Assembly: GCA_903813345.2 (NCBI GenBank)
Contig: CAIIXF020000001.1
Location: 13,330,001-13,394,000, forward strand
Direction of reading: 5' to 3'
Length of the DNA: 64,000 nucleotides
From: Owenia fusiformis
Lineage: Eukaryota
The position numbers were made by a program, and so were the translations under genes. The notes under the pieces were generated by a model. It did no database searches. It saw only the letters and a program-made list of their open reading frames with translations, and had not been told where the DNA came from. Numbering within the stretch: the first letter of the stretch is position 1; each line of letters begins with the position of its first letter. Positions 1-13,206 of this stretch are shown in pieces.

Positions 1-98
1 CTTTCTTCCATTGAACACTCTATCTACACATTATAAAAATCATGAAGATTCCTTCATTATTGAGAGTTATTCCAAAAATAGAGGCTTGGGTCACCCTG
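1..98. mobile_element. Probable end of a Tc1/mariner-type MITE
   Basis: Ends ...GGGTCACCCTG followed by TA. A similar TA-CAGGGTGAC terminus occurs at ~46926. Confidence 0.4.
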
Positions 99-2283
99 TA
101 GTTTTCCCTAAAAGTTCTTGAAAATTTCGCCGAACATGCTAAATTGTACTTGGTGCAAACGGATTAGGCGAAGTTGCAACGTTTTATGGTATTTTTAATT
201 ATGGATTTAATTTGCTTGGGCGGGATGGCGCTCCAAAACACCAACCATTTCAAAATGTTGATAGCGTCCATCCCCGTTTTGACAACCCAAAGCTAAGAAA
301 CCTTCTTTTACCATTTCCTCACACGACATTTTATGCTAAGAGTCATAAATGGTGAAAGCCATACCTATCAATTATTCTAGAGTTAGTTCTTATATGAGCA
401 TAAAACTAGATCTTGACTGATAATTCCGTACAAATTGGTAAATGTCTTTTGATAAAGGTTGAAGCCTTGCAATATCATTATAATAAACAATAATGGCTCA
501 TTGTTCTTTTATGCGTCCGGAAACAATACACCGCAATAATGAATTTATCATGTTTAGGGAAATTAAAAAGGAATTGCAACATCAATACGTAGATTAATGA
601 GATGGTGTTAACGTTGTAGTTTATATACTCTGGCGTCTTCTGGGGGAGGACATAGCCCTTTTTGATATTAGATTCGTTTCTTTGTTAAATGTTCAATGCA
701 ATGCCTTACCAATACCCGGGAATTTATCGGTTCGTCCAGTACTTGTTTGTGATAGCGCCCTCTGTAGGTCACTATGCTTATAGCCTACAGTAATACGGGG
801 TAGGATATCGGGAATTCGGTCAGTTTCTATCCGTCGATTTCGCTATGAATTGAAGCAAGTGTGACCACTTTATCCACTTAAACAATTTGATAATTGATTA
901 AATCTTTAAACAAAATCGATAAACACGTTATACACTTCCTATCTCCTTAGAAATTAGCATGTATTTATGGATTGTGTTTTCGAACAAGGCTCGACCCACC
1001 CCAATAGGGAAATCCTTATGCTAATTAGTATGACGTCATATTTTCCTGGGGAATCCTAGATTTCAAGGCCTCAGTCTGTTATTGTGTCAAATGTAAACGC
1101 TCTTGGGACGCTCTTTTGCAGACAGAAAATTGACAGATTAGCTTTTAACTTTCAGCTTTGATGTTTAAATATTCTGTATTTCTACCGGACTTCTTGCTGA
1201 ATATCATATATGTTATAACTTGATTTGGATCATTGCCTGATTGATCATTCTGAAATTTTGATTGTGATTCATGATTGATTGGCAAGAAAAATAATTCCTA
1301 TTGTTTTCCAGCGAAGTCAAAATGTTACAGCATGAGTTATAATGTCGAGTTTGCATCATGTTAAATTCTGCTAGTGATTAGAAGTCCATGCACAAGCATA
1401 CACATAAGAGACAAACACACCCAGGCTCCAGGCCGTGGATGGAAATATAAAACTATTTAAGGCACAAACTGGTATTAATAGACCGATATGTAGTGTCTGC
1501 CATGTATTGAAGGTAAACCAATCTGTATTATTAATGTTTCTTCTATCAATACATGGGTTGTGCAATAGAAAAGCAATGGCACAATCAAAAATGTGCATAT
1601 CAATCGTGAATATCTCTCGGTTCAAAGCTTATTTCCAACAGAATCGTGTCAAAATATGTGTCTGAGTAACAGTTATACATTATAAGATCGCAAACTCTTA
1701 CCAATTATCAGCCGAATGGCTCATTTTCAACGAGATGTCCTTAAGACAACAGCCCTGGGTCGCGCCTGAGACCAAAAACTACTTCAAATAGCCCTCCCCT
1801 AATTATATTGGATAATCACATTTATGCGTGCGCGCGCAGCTCATCCAATGAACGAAACGCCACTTCCCGCTGAAATCACCGGGTATTGATCTTTCCCTTG
1901 GCCTTACCTTGTCAATGCTTATTGTTTGTCGTGGAATGAAATGAAGTTTTGGGGGACATAAACGAAAGCATTGTTTTTGGGTTAATTCGTTTTAAAATTC
2001 GCTAAAAGTGGCTAAAAGGTTTTAAAATATTGTCATATATACTGGTACTGCACTCTTAAACTAGATAGCGAAGCGGATCCGTTTCCGTATGAAAATGTCG
2101 GAACCTCAAAGATTTGGTTTTCCTTTTTCCTCATTTCACGAATTGTTGGCAGAATTTCCACATCACAAACGTGTGTCAGTATCTTTAAGAAATCTTATGT
2201 TTAAGAAAATCTAAACGTTCGCGAACAAATAGTTCAGACGTCTTGAAATTTACTGCCGGGGAAAGATCGATCTGAAGGTTATT

Positions 2284-2643
2284 TCAACCCAGCAAAATGA
2301 TAGATTGCGAATTCAAGACATTATGAATTATGCAAATATAAAACGTCAAATTCAAATAATGTACCTCATATAGAATATTCCACTTTTGTTTAAATGTCAT
2401 CCCCTCAATCGCTACATGGTGTAGGTCAACAATATCCTCTGTACCCCTTCCCTCTAGCTCAATTTCGAGCGTAAATCGGCTCTCTGAGTACTTATCCTTA
2501 GAAGGTGACGAAGCATCAGGCCCAGCTTCCTCATTGTTAGCAACGGATTCCAATTCCGTCTCGCCAAAAAATTCTGTCGTTGACGATGACGATGGAAAAT
2601 TGTCCAGCTCTCCAGACCTCTTTAGCTTTCTCAAGAAAAACAT
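2284..2643 (-). other. Acidic, Ser-rich ORF of unknown status; truncated copies at 12194-12460 and 22663-22929
   Basis: 119-aa ORF with a protein-like N-terminal part. The duplication breakpoint cuts the other two copies after ESRF. No family recognised. Confidence 0.3.
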
Positions 2644-5600
2644 TTTAGTTATTAAAGAATTGCAATTTCAACACAGACATTGGTCTCCTTAGCAGTGATT
2701 GATTTTAGTGTTTATAGTTCGCTCTTGCATTTAACCAGTTAAGTGAACACCAATGCAATAACAAATGAATTCCAAATGTGCTCATGCTCTGGCGTAGTAA
2801 TTATGAATATTACTGTAATCGAGGTCACCTCTATCCTCCAATGCATACGACTTATGGTACTACTAACATCTCTGATACCACACATCAATGCTTGATTCAG
2901 CAATGTATTGTTTTAAAAATATTTGTTCGAAGTGGAATTCACGAAAGCTCTTACTAAGGGGATAACTGAGGTACATTTATCATACATTATTCAATGATAG
3001 CGCATTAACAAGATCATGTTCAATGATGATGGGTCCATTAACGATCAAATAACAAAACATGCGATTACTAGACGTGCCAATCATACAGTCATATAGGCCA
3101 ATGAATTGTGATGCATAATGCATCATGTAATTCACGATCATCTTTCGTTGATCACCGATGCTCCTGGGATTTTAGACAAACTGTTCTGCAGCATTCAAGT
3201 TTTTATAGGATAGAATGGTTTGATGATCTTGATCATATTGACCATAAAACATGTTATATTAAATGTTGAGTGAAGAAACTAAGAAAAAATGTGGCAAAAG
3301 AAGAAAAACACTGAAACCAACTGTAACAGGTACCCTTCTTGGCTTCATTATGATTTTTATTTAGTACCATAACACTAACTGATTTGATTAAAAGGGAGCA
3401 GATGACAACATCTTGTCCATTCCTGGAGGGATCACCACAGTTTCGGTGAAGAGGGCTCTTCCGCTTATAACTTTGTTAAGCTGATATTGTTCAATTATGT
3501 GCACAATTGCGTCGGGTGCTGGTTCACATACGTACAACTGAATCCTCGGTTTAACGGGTAACCGTCGAACCATTTCGTTGAATAACGAGTTTGCTATCGC
3601 ATTAAATTTGTGTTTGCCATGAACGGAGCCACTATAAAGACATGGCCAGCCCCTCGAACTGTTAAGTATCCACAAGCATTACCACCGATTTTTGCGATTA
3701 AAAAAATATCACTATCCCTGTTTCCATTTTCTTCAAGAAATCGCCTTCTACTATATCCTTGATATCCTGCTGTTATGGCCTCATCGTATGCAATGACGTC
3801 ATCCATATGGGTTGAATCGCCAATAATGACGCTTCCATCAAATATTGCTGGTTCCAGAGTGATTTCACTGTTAACAATACCATTATATATACCAATGGCA
3901 TACCCTTCGTGTATTTATCCGCACTTGTCTTTATACAATCCAGCAATGGCGTCCACGGAGTTAACCATAAGGTTGCGATCTCCTAAACATGTTTTAGAAG
4001 CAGCTACAAGTTGTCGTGCGATACCACGATTTCGCATGTCATCTCTCACAATTATTCTCGTTCCTATACCAAGTGATGGATTTAAATCACACCATTGCGC
4101 AAAACCTAAAAATGCAACAATGAGATTATATTGACGTAACACCTTAATCTTAAAGCAGACGGACGGACGAATGCAAAGACGAGAACCCGACAAATGAACA
4201 CTGGACAGTAGACGTACAATCAAATTGGTAAACAAATGTGTTAAACAAATGTGTGTACCTATGGGCCTATCACTATCATCAACAGCTACAATCCCTTTAT
4301 CTCCATAAACTCGCAGATACATCTAAAAATATAAGTACAACTTTAATAAGCTAGTGATTGTTACGCGGAATATGGCATATATTCATGGTTGCGCGGTATT
4401 TGTGATAGGAGTGAATACTGCCATACTGACCTGTGGTATATGGCATATTCTGCAGGTGAGTATGGCGTATTCCGCAGTGAATATGCGATACATTTGTTTC
4501 AGTGAAAACATTGATCTAATGGTGAAAACAGTAATCAAACAAACAGAAATGTAAAAACTCTAAATGTTAATCGATATGTAACAATTAATATGTACAAATG
4601 TAAATAATCTGTTAATGTGAATTGTCTGTAATTATATGTAATGTTTAAATCTTCACCTATGTGGAGGAAATAAAGACACTGAACATATAGTGGTGAAAAC
4701 GCGATACAGAAAGCCTCGATTTGATTGGTCAAAAGAATCGATTCTAAATATAAAACTATGCTGGATTACCAATGTTGTTAGCGCTTCGAGTACTAATATG
4801 TAACGCCTGAATTGACCTTTTCCATATAATGGAAAAAAAGATGGCATCATTGGTACTGGTAGGGCTAGAATCAAAGTTGTTTTGATAGAAAATTACACAC
4901 AGAATTCAAATATGCCATCAAATAGAAGAAAATGTTTGTTTTTAATGGTTAAAAATGCAGATCTCCAAAAATCTCATTAAAACTAGATTTTAACGAGATT
5001 TCAAAGCTATATGGAAAAAGGACCATTGATTAAGCACGTTTATTACGTGTAATTGCTAAATGATAATTCTGGAAGTATCAGAAATGTGTAAACTGTGATA
5101 GCCAATACAAGAATACATAAATACTCGTATTTTTTAGGTTTTCATCTGGTCTATGTCAACTGTTGATTTGGTTATTAAAATCATTCATCACTCATAAGCT
5201 CCACGAATGTAGGTTCGTTTATTTATGCCTTTATAATGTTTCCCTTGAATTAATGTGTATTTGCGTGTTACACATACATAAAACAACATCAAACAACAGC
5301 AGGTACCACTAGTGCACTGGTGTATGTTATTCAATTGTATTAGTTTATATGTTCAGTGCACTGGCCTGTTGATTCGGCAATCTTTGTGATAATTTATAAA
5401 TCTTTGCCCGTTTGTGCATTAATGCAATATTGACAACTGCGTACTTCCGTATCGCGTTCTCATGGATTAGTGAGTATGCCATAAACCGCAGGGGAATCTG
5501 TCATACACCACAAGTGTATATGCCATATTCGTCGCGGGATATGACATATATTTGTATTGTGTTAACCGCGTAACAGTGATCGCCAATGTATACTGTGAAC

Positions 5601-6070
5601 TGTCAACTCGCTTCAAATTGACCAAAGACCTAAACAATAGAAAGAATGTCTAAATTACTTTTTGTCGACACTCATTATAATTATCAGGCTTTGTTGACAG
5701 TTGGAGACCTCTCTTGAAGTCAATTGGCAAAATTGCATACTGATACTGTAAACCTTGAAAGTACTTTTGACCGAGACCGGATGTCGAGATCAACAGTACT
5801 CTCAGGGTTTACTGTTGAGGAATACACTTTTGCCAGTTGAACGAATAGAGAGCACGGTTAACATTTGTTTTGTTAGTCCGGAGAATATAATAATTGGAAG
5901 GATATATTACCGAATATCACGTGAACATATTTGGTATCATATTTTAGCAAAAAATCCCCAAACCGTAGACCGTAACCGTAAGTTATTTTTTCAATTTGTT
6001 TTCAAAATTAAAAAATTCAACATTTATTCAAAACTAGCAGTCAACAGTACCTAGTAGCGGTCAACAGTAT

Positions 6071-6463
6071 ACAAATAGTGACTGCCATTGAGGGCAATAT
6101 GGCAAACTATTTTCTCCGAGGGAATATCCTGTCCACTGACATGTTCCCGAGGCCGCAGGAGATTTGATAATGTTTTTTGTAGCCAAAGAATCGGCTTGGT
6201 CCATCAATTCATCCAAATCATCGTCATTTATCGTTTCGAAACGACCAGCCTTATTGTCGTCTGAACTGAACTTTGAATGCGCACTAATTATGCGCAGTCG
6301 TTTTCCTGGGATTTCAATGACGTCATCGGTCATTAGTAGCTTTTATCTTCCCCGTAATCTGCGAAAGCGGGGATTTAGTACTTTCCAGGGAATTAGTCTA
6401 TCTATTTCATGTGACCATGAATTGACCAATAAGCGTATAGAATACATATGAGGTATGCAATAA
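6071..6463 (-). mobile_element. Unit-1-specific insertion with a Crypton-like peptide remnant
   Basis: Absent from the paralogous sites near 15890 and 29785. The minus-strand peptide RFETINDDDLDELMDQADSLATK resembles the N-terminal motif of Crypton/DUF3504-type tyrosine-recombinase proteins (recognised from memory). Confidence 0.5.
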
Positions 6464-6505
6464 TACATATTGCTGACCGCTCATCAACCAATCAGAATTG
6501 AGTAT

Positions 6506-6883
6506 TATAACATACTTATGATGATGTATAGTGCAAATTGTATACAAGACAGCGGGCCAATATAAGTTTTGAAAAGCCCGCGCCCGCTAACTTTCTGATT
6601 GGTCAAGGCGCTGACATCATAACCAATCAATCGAAGATAAAACTGCGCGAGCAATTTTTCTAAACTCATTTCAATCATTTTCAAACCATTTGTTTGTCAA
6701 TTCTATAAGAAAACGGTACTGTCTGACCAGTCTACATCATCATAGGTATGTTATAAATCGTTTATGTCACTATCGTGGCACTTATGCCCTCGGTTCTCAG
6801 AGATCAATGTCCCTCCCAAGGTCGGGCCATATATCACTGAGACCTTGGGCATATATGCCACGATAGTGACATAACCTCTAATT
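6506..6883. mobile_element. Non-autonomous hairpin element, unit-1-specific
   Basis: Absent at ~15931 and ~29822. Inverted repeat CATACTTATGATGATGTA (6511-6528) / TACATCATCATAGGTATG (6733-6750), followed by a long palindrome at 6762-6874. Confidence 0.7.
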
Positions 6884-7334
6884 ATTATTGAGGTACTAAC
6901 AATATCAGTTATTACCTCGAGTAGTTCCTTATCTGCGTTCCAATGGTTTTCTTGCATCCATCTTGCCGGCTCTGCTAGATCCTCAATACGAGCAGGACGA
7001 ATCTTAACACCGTCTACATTGGCCATGCTAAAATATCGTTGTACATGTAGGTTATTCACTTATCTTATGCAGATATGTCAATAGTTTGACTTCGTGTCAA
7101 TATAGTCTCTAGTCATGTACACGTCTGGGGTTTAATTTAAGTTACTTACAGTATACTTCCTTATTTACCATATTCAGACTGTATGTGCCAGTTAGATTGT
7201 AGTCTACAAACTCTGACCTGGAATCATGTACTGATGTATATGCATAGTTGCATACGATGTGGCTGCATACGATGTTTTGTTTTGCAACCCTCATAGCCTA
7301 AAACCTCTTTCAAAGGCTGACTGATCTGATAGAA

Positions 7335-7828
7335 CAATTAGAAAACAACAACTCCATGCTATTTGCACCAAATCCCACCGAACAAAACATGTTCTGATAA
7401 ATAGCGGTTATTTTGAAAATTTCTTCATGAACAGAGCTCCCTTGCCCCTAGGTTTCAGCATATTTTGAACCAAATCCGTCTGGTATTTGAGTTATCAAAG
7501 ATTATTTTCTAAGAAAAATGGCAGCCATTTTGAATTTCAGCTGCCATCTTGAAAACTTCTCCTTGAGCAGAGCTCCTTTGTCCCTAGGCGTCAGCATATA
7601 AATTTTGAATCAAATCCATCCGTTAGTATTTGAGTTAGAATTCAAATTGCGGCCATTTTGAATTGAGTAGCCATATTGAACATTCCTTCTCGAGCAGAGC
7701 TTATAAAATTGTAATCAAATCCGTCAACCGGTATTTGAGTCATCGCCCGGACACACGAATGGACGAACGGGCGGACGTGTTGGACGGATTGCTTTTCAAT
7801 CCCCCTCGAACTTCGTTCGGTGGGATAA
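7335..7828 (-). mobile_element. Helentron/HINE-like non-autonomous element (paralogous copies ~16405-16903 and ~30286-31350)
   Basis: GGAC-type microsatellite, terminal hairpin CGAACTTCGTTCG...GGGAT and internal repeats with GCCATTTTGAA. Shares its terminus with the 23210-25902 element. Confidence 0.6.
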
Positions 7829-8615
7829 TCAGGTCCTTGCATGAAAGAGGTAAACCTAAATTGCTCCTTATTTCTCAATCTCATTTGGCGTTATCTCGCA
7901 GAAGAAATATATACTTCCGTTAGAATATGTAACCCATAAAGTTCGTTTTATACTCCAAATAGAAATCATCTCAACGACTTGCAATACACTTAAAGTTTCT
8001 TAGGGTAGTTATGTTCAGAAATGTTCGTGGATACCTGGGGATCTGATGGGCTATTACAAATCATGTGAATAGACACGACAGATGCCATGGATAATGCATA
8101 TCAATAATAACTCACAGAGCATACAAGACCTTGTGGGTATGTGTGTACGTGTAGCTAAACTAAACTGGAAATGAAAAATGACAAGAGGAGAAACAAAAAC
8201 TAATTTAATGTTAAATCATGAAATCGAACGTGTCGAATAAACATGATAAATGTGTCATAAAGCATAGGAGCAAAACTCAATTCGTCGCAAATCCCTTTTG
8301 GGAATCTTAATTATGAAACGAAAAATAATTTGTTTAATTGTATCGTTGTAAGGAACCGAATCCAGTGGTATTGAAGAATGATATCAGAGTAGTATATCTT
8401 GCAATATATTCATCATGTTTTTATTTCACCTTTGACTTTCAAAGTTCATTGCTGATTTGCTACGCATACGTGTTTTTGTAAATTTTATACAAGCAGTATT
8501 TTAAACAATGATTTGACGAAACAGGGCTTGCAAAAACACTTTAAGTCGAACGATCCAACATCTATACGAGTTTTCAGTCTCATTGATCATGGGTGTACCA
8601 CTAGTTCCTTAACAT

Positions 8616-10094
8616 CTAAAAGGGGGCAAACGAATAGATTTTCTCCATGGGGAAGTTTACACTGTTTTTACTGAATAGCGCCAACGCACTGCCCATCTTC
8701 TTCAATTTATATTTCTCAGTGATATACTCGATGGACTCGGTAACAGTAAACGTGTTGAGCTCAATGGTAGAACCTTCGGGAATCTCCGATGATAGGAATT
8801 GAATCAGCCTATTAGCAATTTTTGCAGTATTAGCATAAAATGGTGCAACTCTGTAAACGTTGTTGATAAGATGTGCTATAAGGAACCCAACGATAATACC
8901 ATCTGTAGTCGCAGATATGAGATAATTTTCAGAGCCAACAGCAAACTCAGTTAGGAAAGCTTTACGATCTTGGAGTCCGGTGATTTCCTCATCATACGCT
9001 ACTATATCATCAATTGATGCAGCAACACCACGACGGACAACTTCCACCGTTGAATCCACATCTAACGCCACATCTCTGTGTAACGAACCAAGAAATATTT
9101 CTGCATTGTAACCTTCGTGGACAAATCCATACTTCTTGTAAAAATCAACAGCATGGATTTCGGCGTGTAGCCATGCATTACGATCCCCAATGCAGGACTT
9201 GTAGGCACATACTAGTTTCTTTCCAATGCCCTTACCACGGTGTTCTTTCTTCACAATGATTTTTGCTCCAAGTCCAATATCGGGACCTAAGATATTCCAT
9301 GTAGCAAATCCTATAAGATTGAAAACTTAGGTATAACTAGACATTTGAATTAGCTATTGCTACTAGTAATTTGTTCAGGCCCATTTATGAGATTATTTGG
9401 GGTCAATAAAATGTAAAATCTGAAAAATATATGAGCATATGGTAGATAATAGATGTTAATGAAAAAATATATTGAATTTCAACTTTTGAAGGTCACAAAG
9501 GGTAAAAAGGTCAACTCTCAAAATTGAGATCGGGTCAATCCTTGGGAATTCGTTTTATAGGTTTTTAGGTCAATATTTGTTAAAACAAGTTGAAATTTGA
9601 TGAACTCACCAACGGGGCTGCCTGTATTATCTTCGGCAACAATGACCCCATCTCCATAGACTCTCTTGAACAACTAAAAATGATAATAAGATTTGAATTT
9701 TCGTTGAAAATTAACAGACTTTGACAAATAATCTAATAGGGACATCGCCAACCATTTTTGGAATAAGTAAGGTCACGTTACACTGAACCATGTATTTCCA
9801 ATCTGAAATTATTTAACGTTAGGATTCGATGATAATTTTATCAATTTACTGCCTATTCATAGCCTAGATGACAATTCATTACCGTTACCTTGTTGAAGGT
9901 GAATCTGAATGGAATAGTAATGACCTAATTACACAAAGCTCTGAGAACAATAGAACAGTCTACATAAGAGACTGAGTATTGTGCAAAATATTTACCTTGA
10001 GATCTTCAACATCATCTACCCATCCATTCTCTTGATGCCAAGCAACAACCTCTTCAAAGTCCTCTTCCCGAGCTGGACGGATGGTTACATCCAT
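8616..10094 (-). CDS. GNAT acyltransferase paralog B, copy 1 (~285 aa; N-terminal GNAT plus probable YitH-like C-terminal domain)
   Basis: Exons 10094-9996 (MDVTIRPAREEDFEEVVAWHQENGW...), 9673-9610 and 9310-8616, with GT-AG introns of phase 0 and 1. Acetyl-CoA-binding motif HRGKGIGKKL, DFYKKYGF, and C-terminal YDEEITGLQDRKAFL and VAPFYA. Confidence 0.88.
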
Positions 10095-10435
10095 TCTTTA
10101 TTTTTAGATGATCGGTCTTATCGGTTTATTCTATTCCTGAATAAATCAGTAGTGGAGGAACTCATACAACGTGTTGCGTAATCGACCTTCTGTCTAAATG
10201 TAGTGTCAAGTGTTGATTAGAGAAAATGGGCCGAGCCATAAGTTTTAAAGGACCATATTACATTTTAAGAAAAATGTTTTCGTGTGGAATTTCGTTCTGG
10301 AAATCAGAAACTCGTTCAAAATTGTTATAGTTCAAAATCTACACGAGAGAAAGAAGCGAACGAGTACATGTCAATATCACCGTGTATATTAAAATTGTAT
10401 TCCAAAAATATCATAGGATGTTATTTTGTACTTAA

Positions 10436-11817
10436 GGTATGAGTACCGTAATCCAACACCAAATTCGAAAATTCATATACACGTCGCACGAAACTGGGGA
10501 CAATTAGCGTAACATTATGGCGTCAAAAAAAACAAAACAAAACAATGAGCAGTATAGGGCGCAAACAGCCTTACAACGTCAAAAACGACAAGCGTCACAT
10601 TTTTTACAAGTTTAGTCAGCCTCAAAATAAAATACTTTATCCTTATCTAATCATTACAAAATTTACAGGGTAGCAAGATCTCGAGGACAATATTTCTAAA
10701 ATGTTTTTGAATTTTGAAAAACGGTCAAGAAATCCACTTGGGGCGTTAGTAAAAATTGATATGTATGGAATTTGTGGTAAAAAATCGATGCGTCACATTT
10801 TTTCAAGTCTCGAAAACCAGCTCTTATTTTGATATTATTTGCAAAATAAACAAACCGGTTATTGTTTTGTAAATTTCGCCATGACAATATTGTGCAGTTA
10901 AATTTTCTTTCAAATCAGACCTAAATTAGAAGGTTAAATGAAGGTAAACTTATTGCTCGTCCCATTCGCCTTCAAAACCTTACACAATTTTGAAAATTTT
11001 AAAAGCGTTCGTATAAGATAATTTGAAGTGTAGCCGTTAAGCAATTGTGACGTCATAAATGCAAATGTTCCATTGAATAAATTGTGAAATTTAAGTGGGA
11101 TTTTGATCATTATTTCAAAAGTTATCTCAATTTCAACGAGCCCTGTAAGCGTAAAGTGTTACGTCTTACAGCGTATTTGACGATGTCTGAGTATATTTAA
11201 CTTTAAAAATGTGTTGGATCCCATCAAAATTTTGAAGGAAAAATAATTTCATTGAAATGCGAATAAAAAATACTTTAAAATGATATGTAAAACACATAGT
11301 TGGCTTTTTAAATAAGGCAGAGATTAACGTTCAAAGCTGAGATAAGCCCGCATTTCCCGAATTGTCCCCAGGTCCGTGCACGTCATAATAACAATACTTT
11401 GCACATATGGCGTTCGTGACCAACTATAAAACGCTTACCCCCCATAGTGTTATATATCAAAATGTACCTGTTCATATAGGGGTTCGATTGATCTACATCA
11501 AATTATAGGGAGTCAGGTTACTTTTTGAGATATCAGCGTCCATTTATTGTAACTCGCGTTTGCCACCACTTCCTCAATTCTTATATGACGGGCAAACGCG
11601 TAGTAAACATGCTCACGTCGGAACTATTTTTGACCTACATCGCTATTTTCGTAATTCAAATGAAAGTTAAACTCCTCCTCTTTATTTTGATACCAAATAG
11701 TGGCATACTAGGTACCCTAGAAGCCAACTATGGCGTTATTTAGAACAATACCACAGGTTTTTAAATGGACTATATAGGGGTCATACCTTTTGGCGGATGG
11801 ATATGGAACCTCATACC
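10436..11817. mobile_element. Solo 469-bp direct-repeat unit (TTAA-GGTATGAG...CTCATACC-TT) interrupted by a nested MITE
   Basis: Near-identical to 19514-19982 and 20774-21242 once the 913-bp nested insertion (with its TSD) is removed. Confidence 0.85.
10478..11387. mobile_element. 910-bp MITE nested in the solo repeat
   Basis: Empty sites at ~19553 and ~20813 read TTCATAACAAT; the filled site duplicates ATA. Imperfect TIRs ...GCACGAAACTGGGGACAATT / AATTGTCCCCAGGTCCGTGC... Confidence 0.8.
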
Positions 11818-13206
11818 TTTAATGTATAGATATATCCTATGATCACATGATTAGGAGTGTCTAAGAATTTTGATTGGGATCAATTGTGATGATGTCTATT
11901 CCGTATCAAATGACACGTGACTAATTTTCATGTGATACGGTGGGCTGTATCACTACGGAGTCAATAGCAACGATGTGACGTCACTGATTATACCACTTAA
12001 GGAAAACAATATGACGTCATACTATTTCACAGACACGTACAAATACAACGGTATGACGTCATATTGTTTCAAAGCGAAATCAAAAATTATAATAGTTACC
12101 AGGAGTACAGGGTACTGAACACAATCATCTGACCAAATCAAAATGCTTCAAAATCCCTAGACATGTGATAAAATCGTCATCACACGTTTCAGCTTATGTG
12201 ATACAGGAAATATTCCACTCGGGTAAGAATGTATCACCACTCAAGCTTCGCTTTCGTGGATGATACAATATAACCTTTCGTGGAATATTAAATCGGCTCT
12301 CTGAGTACTTATCCTTAGAAGGTGACGAAGCATCGGGCACAGCTTGCTCATTGTTAGCAACGGATTCAAATTCCGTTTCCCCTAAAAATTCTGTCGTTGA
12401 CGATGACGATGGAAAATTGTCCAGCTCTCCAGACCTCTTTAGTTTTCTCAAGAAAAACATTTTAGTTATTAAAAAATCGCAATCCCAGCGACCTTATTCA
12501 GTATAACACAGACATTGGTCTCCTTAGCAGTGATTGATTTTAGTGTTTATAGTTCGCTCTTGCATTTAACCAGTTAAGTGAACACCAATGCAAGAACAAA
12601 TGAATTCCAAATGTGCTCATGCTCCGGCGTATATTACTTTAATCGAGGTCACCTCAATCCTCCAACGCATACGACTTATGGTACTACTAACATCTCTGAT
12701 ACCACACATCAATGCTTGATTCAACAATGTATTGTTTTAAAAAACATTTGTTCGAAGTGGAATTCATGAAAGCTGTTATTAAGGGGATAACTGAGGTACA
12801 TTTATCATACATTATTCAATGATAGCGCATTAACAAGATCATGTTCAATGATGATGGGTCCATTAACGATCAAATAACAAAACATGCGATTACTAGACGT
12901 GCCAATCATACAGTCATATAGGCCAATGAATTGTGATGCATAATGTAATTCACGATCATCTTTCGTTGATCACCGATGCTCCTTGGATTTTAGACAAACT
13001 GTTCTGTAGGATTCTGGTTTTCATAGGATAGACTGGTTTGATGATCTTGATCATACTGACCATAAAACATGTTATATTAAATGTTGAGTGAAGAAACTAA
13101 GAAAAATGTGGCAAAAGATTTAAAAAACACTGAAACAAACTGTAACAGGTACGCTTCTTGGCTTCATTATGATTTTTATTAATTACCATAACACTAACTG
13201 ATTTGA

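Larger units (their letters stand above)
3388..7026 (-). pseudogene. GNAT acyltransferase paralog A, copy 1 (disrupted)
   Basis: Exons 7026-6916 (MANVDGVKIRPAR...KELLE|gtaata), 4322-4259 (MYLRVYGDKG...) and 4105-3388. Relative to intact copy 3 it has an in-frame TAA at 3917-3915, a 5-bp frameshifting insertion near 3602-3608 and a 3-bp insertion (ITAGYQ). Exon 3 is 718 nt versus 710 nt. Confidence 0.88.
2472..10435. repeat. Tandem segmental duplication unit 1 (GNAT-A + GNAT-B)
   Basis: Homology with 12289.. and 22758.. begins at TAAATCGGCTCTCTGAG. Paralogous ORFs recur in the same order (2284/12194/22663; 3388/13207/26379; 8616/17691/32644). Confidence 0.95.

Noticed and set aside
1371-1665. 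Overlapping 84-aa and 76-aa ORFs
   Set aside because: No recognisable motif or convincing splice structure.
3775-4134. Plus-strand ORFs at 3775, 13591, 26758 and at 9014, 18092, 33042
   Set aside because: Antisense shadows of the GNAT exons, repeated only because the segment is duplicated.
6895-6915. Alternative GNAT-A exon 1 donor GTTAGT at 6900
   Set aside because: In frame, but GAG|GTAATA at 6915 aligns exactly with the paralog B donor and was preferred.
8616-10094. GNAT genes as bacterial contamination
   Set aside because: They have conserved spliceosomal introns and are interleaved with animal TEs next to WASHC5.
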